The notes beneath the pieces are model-generated. The model had not been told where the DNA came from and did no database searches. It saw only the letters and a list, made by a program, of their open reading frames with translations. This document shows positions 58,296-64,000 of a stretch of DNA of 64,000 nt, piece after piece (positions within the stretch are counted from its first letter, which is position 1; every line of letters starts with the position of its first letter). The position numbers and the translations under genes are program-made. Source of the stretch: an uncultured Nitrospina sp. (GTDB lineage: Bacteria; Nitrospinota; Nitrospinia; Nitrospinales; VA-1); contig CAZECX010000002.1 in the NCBI GenBank assembly GCA_964510965.1, positions 21,011 through 85,010 on the forward strand, in the 5' to 3' direction.

Positions 58296-58497
58296 GATGT
58301 CAAGAAAACCCATTGGAGAGGAATTTATACAAATTCATTTTGTATCCACACAAAAAAATTACTTCTTCTAAAAAAGAGGCAGACAAAACCAAAAAAAGCA
58401 TCAAAAAGTGTATTTTTTTCGATTTGAGGCTAAAGTTTTAAAGTTTTCTGCCGAAGAGACCACCACGTAGAGGTACGCCAACAATTAGGGATTTGAC

Positions 58498-59247
58498 ATG
58501 GAAGCTCAAATTATTCAGGCCCGCACCCAGGTTGTATATGTTGGAAATTCAGGGCGTTGCGAAGATTGCGAAGAGGAAGAACGGCAAGAAGCTTTACAGG
58601 AAGACAAAGCTCAGGACCGAGTCAATCTTTCACAGGCATCTTTAAAACTCGCTCAAGATCCCAGTTCCTCGAATTCAAGTTCTGAAAATTCCAGAATTGG
58701 GGAGAATTCAACAGAGGAAGACGGCGAAAATACGGGATCTTCAACCGCTGGGCCCAAAACCGAACTTCAACTATCCGAAGAAGAACGGCGCATTCTCAAT
58801 GAGTTGAGAGCAAGAGATGCTGAAGTTCGTGCACACGAAGCCGCCCATTTGGCCGCTGCAGGACCCCATGCAAACAGCGCTCCGACATTTGAGTATCAAA
58901 CCGGGCCAGATGGTCGCCAATATGCAACAGGCGGCGAAGTCTCAATAGACACCTCTCCGGTTCCTGGCGACCCAGAAGCAACCGTTCGAAAAGCACAAAC
59001 AATTAAGAGAGCTGCCCTGGCTCCAAGAGAACCTTCGGGGCAAGACAGGCAGGTAGCCGCTCAGGCAGCCCAGCTTGAGGCCCAGGCCAGACAGGAAGTG
59101 CAAGCTAAAAAAGCCGAAGAAAATGAAGAAGCTCTTGAAAAAAGCAATGAAGAAATTACCAATGGATCTCCTTTTTCCCGACGTGTAAAAAACAATTTTT
59201 CACCGTCTCCTGCCCCTTCAGGAAACCTGCTCAATATAATTTCCTGA
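58498..59247 (+). CDS. SprA-related family protein (putative metalloprotease-like, uncharacterised)
   Basis: Core ELRARDAEVRAHEAAHLAAAGPHANSAPTFEYQTGPDGRQYATGGEVSIDTSPVPGDPEATVRKAQTIKRAALAPREPSGQDRQVAA, flanked by low-complexity acidic and Ser-rich regions. More GC-rich than its neighbours. Confidence 0.65.
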   Translation: MEAQIIQARTQVVYVGNSGRCEDCEEEERQEALQEDKAQDRVNLSQASLKLAQDPSSSNSSSENSRIGENSTEEDGENTGSSTAGPKTELQLSEEERRILNELRARDAEVRAHEAAHLAAAGPHANSAPTFEYQTGPDGRQYATGGEVSIDTSPVPGDPEATVRKAQTIKRAALAPREPSGQDRQVAAQAAQLEAQARQEVQAKKAEENEEALEKSNEEITNGSPFSRRVKNNFSPSPAPSGNLLNIIS

Positions 59248-59438
59248 TCCATAAGCTACCAATTAAAACGTTTTTAGAACCCACTACGGACACCCCATAT
59301 TCTATTGATCACTATAAATTTTTACAGTTGGTATTTTTTCCGAGTTGCTGATAAAATCCATCTTTGTTGTTTTGAAAAAAACATTTAAAAATACAGTTTG
59401 TTCTTAACTTCTATTGTAAAAATTTCTCCCAAACTTTG

Positions 59439-60182
59439 ATGGAAAACGAAAAAAAAATTTTAGTAGTTGAAGACTCTCAGGTCCAACGAGAGGTTTGCGT
59501 TGAGCAACTTCGAGATATCGGTTTTGCAAATATTTTCGAAGCCGAAAATGGAATTCAGGCCCTTGAAGTTTTAAAGAATAGTTCCATTGATTTAATATTG
59601 TCAGATTGGGATATGCCGGAAATGGATGGACTGGAACTATTAAAAACCATCAAGAAAGATACTGCGCTGCAAAACACTCCTTTCATTTTCCTGACCGTTC
59701 ACGACGATCAAGAAAAAAACAAAGAGGGGATGATCTATGGTGCCGTCGACTATATTGTCAAGCCATCGACCCCCGGCGACCTTAAAGAGAGCATTGAGAT
59801 TATTTTCAAACGTGGGATCAGGAATATTTTGATTGTTGAAGATTCTGAACTGCAACGTGAAATTTGCATCGTCCAATTACAACAAATCGGGTTTGAAAAA
59901 ATTACTGGCGCCACAAATGGGGTGGAAGCTCTTAACTATTTGGAGAGCAACCCCGTTGACATTATTGTATCCGACTGGGAAATGCCCGAAATGGATGGTT
60001 TGGAACTATTGAAAGCTGTAAAAAATAATCCTTCCCTAAAGGATATCCCGTTTATCATTCTCACTGTTTATAATGACCTGGAGAAAAATAAAGAAGCATT
60101 AAACTTGGGTGCTACCGACTATATTACCAAACCTTCGACACCAGATAGCCTGCATTTAAAAATCAGAAAAATTCTTTACTGA
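59439..60182 (+). CDS. Tandem double receiver (CheY-CheY) protein
   Basis: Two complete receiver domains (VVEDS...SDWDMPEMDGLELLK...VKPS and IVEDS...SDWEMPEMDGLELLK...TKPS). ATG at 59439 preferred over the track TTG at 59436. Confidence 0.85.
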   Translation: MENEKKILVVEDSQVQREVCVEQLRDIGFANIFEAENGIQALEVLKNSSIDLILSDWDMPEMDGLELLKTIKKDTALQNTPFIFLTVHDDQEKNKEGMIYGAVDYIVKPSTPGDLKESIEIIFKRGIRNILIVEDSELQREICIVQLQQIGFEKITGATNGVEALNYLESNPVDIIVSDWEMPEMDGLELLKAVKNNPSLKDIPFIILTVYNDLEKNKEALNLGATDYITKPSTPDSLHLKIRKILY

Positions 60183-60605
60183 CCTTTCCACAAACTTTTG
60201 AAATTTCGTCCTCTCCAAGACCCTAAATAATCGAGGTAAATAAGGCCCCGATCCCCACTCACGTAATACAATTATCCATTAAATATCAATCGTTTATTTT
60301 TTTTGGCTTTGGTTTTATTTTTATTTTGGAAACGATTAAGTCTTTATATATTCTCTCCTCCAAATTATTTTTAATTCCTAAACATTTGAGATTATAATAA
60401 GTGCTTCAAAAAATAGGGCTTTATTCACTTGTAGCTTTTGTTTTGAGGCATTGATGGGCCTACTCAATCAATTAGAGGGGAGGCTCTCCGCCCAAGGCTT
60501 GCTCCAAGGCGCAAAATCTACCAACGACGAGGAAAAACAAATTTCAATCTCAACACAACGAATCCTCTTAAAGCCATTACATTTTATTAAACCAAAAATA
60601 ATGTT

Positions 60606-61118
60606 ATGCCCTCAAAAAAGAAAAGTCGGAAAATATTAGAAGCTATTGAGGAAAAGCAAATTGAAACGACCGCAGATGTCAACTTGGCATCTGTTAAATT
60701 GGTTATTTTTACCTTATTAAACGGCTATTACGCATTTCAGGGAGAGTCCATTAAAGAGATTTTACCTACTTCTAAAATCAACGTGGTACCCGGAGTACCG
60801 AATTTTATATTAGGAGTCATCAATGTTCGGGGAGACATCGAATCGGTAATTAATATCAATGATTTTCTTGGCTTGCCAGAACAAAATAGTGAAAATGATA
60901 AAAATATAATTATTGCAGAAGGAGCAGGAATAAGATCGGGGATCCTGGTCAGTTCGGTAGAAGATGTAATGGATTTCCCTGAAGCCTCCATCCAACCGCC
61001 TCTCTCCTCCTTGAATGAAAAAATTAAACCGTTCGTAATTGGCGAGACAGATTATAAAAAGAAAAATGTTACCGTTTTAAATGTGCAGGAAATCTTTAAA
61101 AATATTTCAGCAAATTAA
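60606..61118 (+). CDS. cheW: Chemotaxis coupling protein CheW
   Basis: YAFQGESIKEILPTSKINVVPGVPNFILGVINVRGDIESVININDFLGL...GILVSSVEDV. Confidence 0.85.
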   Translation: MPSKKKSRKILEAIEEKQIETTADVNLASVKLVIFTLLNGYYAFQGESIKEILPTSKINVVPGVPNFILGVINVRGDIESVININDFLGLPEQNSENDKNIIIAEGAGIRSGILVSSVEDVMDFPEASIQPPLSSLNEKIKPFVIGETDYKKKNVTVLNVQEIFKNISAN

Positions 61119-61159
61119 AGTCGGACTGCTAAAACCTGGATACCCGCATCGGAAAAGTT

Positions 61160-61543
61160 ATGCGTACTAGCGAATCTATCAAGGAAGAGGAAATCGAAGT
61201 TTTAACCTTCCGAATCAATCAGGCTCGATTTGCGGTTGATTTGGATGAAGTTTATGAATTAATTGAATTGGATCAGGCCAACCAACGGGAATGCGATACT
61301 GTGCGGTTTGAAGAAGAGTTTATGTTTGGCAATATATCTATCCACTATATTTCGCCAAAAGTTTTGTTGCGAAAAAGTTCCGCCTCTTCCGGTATTTTAA
61401 TCGACCAAGTGTCGGAGATCTGTAAAATTTCGATTGATTGTATTAAGCCATTGCCAGACTTGGTTAAAAAATTTAACCGAACCCGAATATGGGGTACGAC
61501 TTTGATCGAACAGGAAATTGTTTATTTAATCGATCTTCAATAA
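61160..61543 (+). CDS. Short, divergent CheW-like protein
   Basis: 127 aa. LTFRINQARFAVDLDEVYELIE and GILIDQVSEICKI retain the CheW strand pattern, but the central VRG-type motif is lost. Confidence 0.55.
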   Translation: MRTSESIKEEEIEVLTFRINQARFAVDLDEVYELIELDQANQRECDTVRFEEEFMFGNISIHYISPKVLLRKSSASSGILIDQVSEICKISIDCIKPLPDLVKKFNRTRIWGTTLIEQEIVYLIDLQ

Positions 61544-61566
61544 ATTTATAATTCAGGAAATAATTA

Positions 61567-62598
61567 ATGGCACCTATTAAAGTTCTTGTTGTTGATGACA
61601 GCTTGCTAACGCAAGAAATAATAACTGTCATTTTTGATTCAGAAGAAGAGATAGAGGTAATTGGGGTCGCCAATAATGGATTCGAAGCCCTTGAATTTCT
61701 GGAAGCTGAAAAACCTGATTTTATTACTATGGATATTTCTATGCCAAAAATGGATGGCATGGAAGCCATAGAAAAAATTATGGCAAAAAACCCAATCCCC
61801 ATTCTGGTAATTTCTGATGTCACAGATTCAAAAGTGGCCTTTGTAGCCCTGACACATGGGGCGTTGGAGGTTCTGCCCAAATCTTGGCTACAACCCGAAA
61901 AAGCCAGCGAACTGATAGCAAAGATAAAACTACTTTCTAAAGTAAAAGTCATCCGACATATTGGCACAAAACCGGAAGTCAAAAATGAAAATAATGGGAG
62001 CGATCAAACTAACGATGCGCCGCAATTTGACCACATCGTCTCCATTGCCTGTTCCACAGGAGGGCCAAAGGCATTGAGCGCTATCCTTTCCAATCTGCCC
62101 CCATTTTTTCCATTTCCCATTTTGGTTTCGCAACATATTGATGCGGAATTCGTAGAAAGCCTGATTGATTTTTTAAACGATGCCAGCCCATTAAGAATCC
62201 TGAAAGGGAAAGAAGGGGAATCCCCTCAAGCAGGAATGGCTTATATCTCGCCCGGCAACAAGCATATGACTGTTGACAATCTGGGCCTGATCTCTCTGGT
62301 AGAACCCGAACCAGGAGAAATTTACCACCCCTCATGCGATCGATTACTATCATCGGTGGCAGAAACATTCGGCGATAAAAGTATCGGAATTATCCTGACA
62401 GGAATGGGTTCGGATGGAGCTGAAGGGATGCAAAATATTAAAAATGTTGGTGGGCAAACAATCGCTCAGGACGAAGAAACCTCAGTCATATTTGGAATGC
62501 CCAGTGTTGCGATTGAAAAGAAATGTGTTGACCATGTTTTGCCTCTGCAAAAAATCAGCCCTTTTCTAATCAATTTGTCAAAAAATCAGGATCAATAG
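61567..62598 (+). CDS. cheB: Chemotaxis response regulator protein-glutamate methylesterase CheB
   Basis: Receiver VVDDS...MDISMPKMDG. Methylesterase SIACSTGGPKAL, SQHIDAEF, LTGMGSDGAEG. Confidence 0.9.
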   Translation: MAPIKVLVVDDSLLTQEIITVIFDSEEEIEVIGVANNGFEALEFLEAEKPDFITMDISMPKMDGMEAIEKIMAKNPIPILVISDVTDSKVAFVALTHGALEVLPKSWLQPEKASELIAKIKLLSKVKVIRHIGTKPEVKNENNGSDQTNDAPQFDHIVSIACSTGGPKALSAILSNLPPFFPFPILVSQHIDAEFVESLIDFLNDASPLRILKGKEGESPQAGMAYISPGNKHMTVDNLGLISLVEPEPGEIYHPSCDRLLSSVAETFGDKSIGIILTGMGSDGAEGMQNIKNVGGQTIAQDEETSVIFGMPSVAIEKKCVDHVLPLQKISPFLINLSKNQDQ

Positions 62599-62625
62599 GT
62601 TTTTTATAAGAAAGAATAATTTGGC

Positions 62626-64000
62626 ATGGAACTGACCCCTTTCGTTGATCTAATCAATAAAAATTGTGGGTTGCAAATTGAATCAAAACATTCCCCCAAC
62701 CTGTCAGAGGCTATCCATGCGCGGATGACACTAAAGCAACTCAACAGCTCCAAACAGTATTTCGATTTCTTGATGAATAGCTCAGAAGAAATTCAAAATC
62801 TGATTAATCTTGTAACCAACAACGAAACATACTTTTTTCGCGAGCGACCTCATTTTCAGATTTGCATGGACCAATTGGTACCGAGCATTATTGAAAAAAA
62901 GAGATCAAAGCAACTAAAAATCATTAACGCAGGATGTTCCAGTGGAGAGGAGCCTTATTCGCTTGCCATCGCGCTTGCAGACAAATACGGAATAGATATC
63001 TTTAAAACCATTTCCATTATCGGCTTCGACATTAGCGAATCGGTGCTTCGAACCGCCAGAAAAGGGGAATTCGGCGCTCACTCTTTTAGGGAAACCAGCT
63101 CAACCTATCAAGAAAAATATTTCCAAAGAATTAAACAAGATCAATATAAGATAAATTCCTCCATCAAGGGGGCTGTAAAATTTTATCGCTGTAACCTGTC
63201 CCAACCTCCTTACCCAGAGTGGCTAAGCGATGCCGATATTATTTTTTACAGAAACGTATCCATCTACTTTCCACAACAAATCAAAAAATCTGTTTTCAAA
63301 AATTTGAGCAAGTCGCTTAATGACCATGGCTATATCATTTTAAGCTCCACAGAAACTTTTTCCCATAGCCTTGAAGGATTATCTCTTGAAGAAATCCAAA
63401 ATAAATTTTTTTACACCAAAAAAGGAGGTTTTAAAAATAATCTTGTTAAAACTGCATCACGAACAAATATAAGAAAGAAGATTCAATCCTCAGAATCGAC
63501 AAAAATAAATAACACCGTTTTGGCAATACCACCTTCAGCATCGATTCAAAAGAAAGATAAAAACGAAAATCCATCTAAGCTCTTTGAAAAAGGCCTCAGG
63601 TACGCAATACAAAAGGATTATGCAAAGTCCTTTTCCAGCCTGGAGTCCCTATTGGCAATTGAACCAACACATATTGAAGCTCAAAATCTTTGCGCCACAA
63701 TTCACATTAATTTGCAGCAACTTGAAAAAGCCAAAGATAGATGCCTAAATGTAGTAAAACTGGATGAGTGGAATCTGGAAGCACGACTATTATCAGGAAT
63801 TGTGGCACGTATGGAGGGAAACCACAAAGAGGCAACCAAATGGTTTAAAAGCGTATCCTTCATCCAGCCTTCATGCTGGACAGCACATATGTATTTGGCT
63901 GAACTTCATGACATGGATGGAGATTTAAAGGGGGCTTATCGAGAATATTCTCTTGCATTGAAACATCTAGAAATAACCGGTGCTGAAAAGAGAAACCTGT
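62626..64000 (+). CDS. cheR: Chemotaxis methyltransferase CheR with C-terminal TPR repeats; 3' end beyond the window
   Basis: Not in the ORF track because there is no stop before the window end. My translation from the ATG at 62626 stays open to 64000: MELTPFVDLINKNCGLQ...NNETYFFRERPHF...IINAGCSSGEEPYSLAIAL...DIIFYRNVSIYF. TPR-like helices follow from nt ~63590. Confidence 0.85.
   Translation, partial: MELTPFVDLINKNCGLQIESKHSPNLSEAIHARMTLKQLNSSKQYFDFLMNSSEEIQNLINLVTNNETYFFRERPHFQICMDQLVPSIIEKKRSKQLKIINAGCSSGEEPYSLAIALADKYGIDIFKTISIIGFDISESVLRTARKGEFGAHSFRETSSTYQEKYFQRIKQDQYKINSSIKGAVKFYRCNLSQPPYPEWLSDADIIFYRNVSIYFPQQIKKSVFKNLSKSLNDHGYIILSSTETFSHSLEGLSLEEIQNKFFYTKKGGFKNNLVKTASRTNIRKKIQSSESTKINNTVLAIPPSASIQKKDKNENPSKLFEKGLRYAIQKDYAKSFSSLESLLAIEPTHIEAQNLCATIHINLQQLEKAKDRCLNVVKLDEWNLEARLLSGIVARMEGNHKEATKWFKSVSFIQPSCWTAHMYLAELHDMDGDLKGAYREYSLALKHLEITGAEKRNL

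Noticed and set aside
58233-58497. Molybdenum-cofactor riboswitch upstream of modA
   Set aside because: The region is extremely AT-rich and I could not find the GC-rich conserved helices expected of that RNA class. Only the DNA dyad is reported.
59347-59354. Sigma-28-like -10 element (GCTGATAA) upstream of the double-receiver gene
   Set aside because: It resembles GCCGATAA, but no TAAA -35 element lies at the required ~15-nt spacing. A single 8-mer in AT-rich DNA is not convincing.
60451-60639. 62-aa ORF upstream of and overlapping the cheW start
   Set aside because: It overlaps the cheW start in another frame and has no RBS. The region more likely holds the cluster's promoter or 5' UTR.
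61473-61982. 169-aa minus-strand ORF antisense to cheB and the cheW-like gene
   Set aside because: It overlaps two confidently called chemotaxis genes and shows no recognisable domain.
1-64000. Looked for CRISPR arrays, tRNA/rRNA genes, IS elements, integrases and tandem repeats across all intergenic gaps
   Set aside because: I recognised no regularly spaced repeats, cloverleaf-like GC-rich segments or transposase/integrase motifs by eye. A covariance-model or tRNA scan would be needed to exclude small RNAs.

Overview
AT-rich (about 40% GC by eye) chromosomal segment from a diderm (Gram-negative) bacterium. The lineage cannot be fixed from the sequence alone. I support about 55 protein genes, and I saw no rRNA, tRNA, CRISPR array, transposase or integrase. 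Layout: (1) 1-3.6 kb, a Cache/PAS hybrid kinase (5' end off-window) plus a REC-HD-GYP regulator. (2) 3.6-8.9 kb, an Fe-S aldo/keto reductase and a YhaO/YhaN-type nuclease-ATPase pair. (3) 9.0-12.3 kb, a compositional patchwork: a GC-rich outer-membrane-barrel gene remnant next to two very AT-rich divergent secreted proteins of unknown function. (4) 12.5-16.6 kb, a heme-c-type sensor kinase, a REC protein, a REC-kinase and a second HD-GYP protein. (5) An M20 peptidase bracketed by a 22-nt direct repeat. (6) 19.4-37.5 kb, an envelope-glycan cluster with three ArnT/PMT-like GT-C paralogs, four GT4, one GT9, one GT2, a methyltransferase, an SGNH hydrolase and a split SDR+cupin pair. (7) 37.7-44.1 kb, an AttH/CrtC-like protein, a REP-like palindrome doublet, a CDP-alcohol phosphatidyltransferase, a radical SAM enzyme, a TrpD2/YbiB-like protein and a small OMP. 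(8) 44.2-50.4 kb, tesA divergent from ybbA-ybbP, extended by an FGE-like protein, msrP (no msrQ) and a DUF1566 protein. (9) 50.4-55.6 kb, a cNMP-domain Na+/H+ exchanger divergent from a duplicated DUF1538 membrane protein coupled to two PII-like proteins. (10) modABC and a SprA-related protein. (11) A partial chemotaxis cluster: REC-REC, cheW, a cheW-like gene, cheB and cheR-TPR, which runs off the 3' edge. The best candidates for undescribed biology are the DUF1538/PII module, the secreted four-fold Cys-pair repeat protein with its neighbour, and the triple GT-C block. None is proven, and all function calls come from motif reading without database searches.
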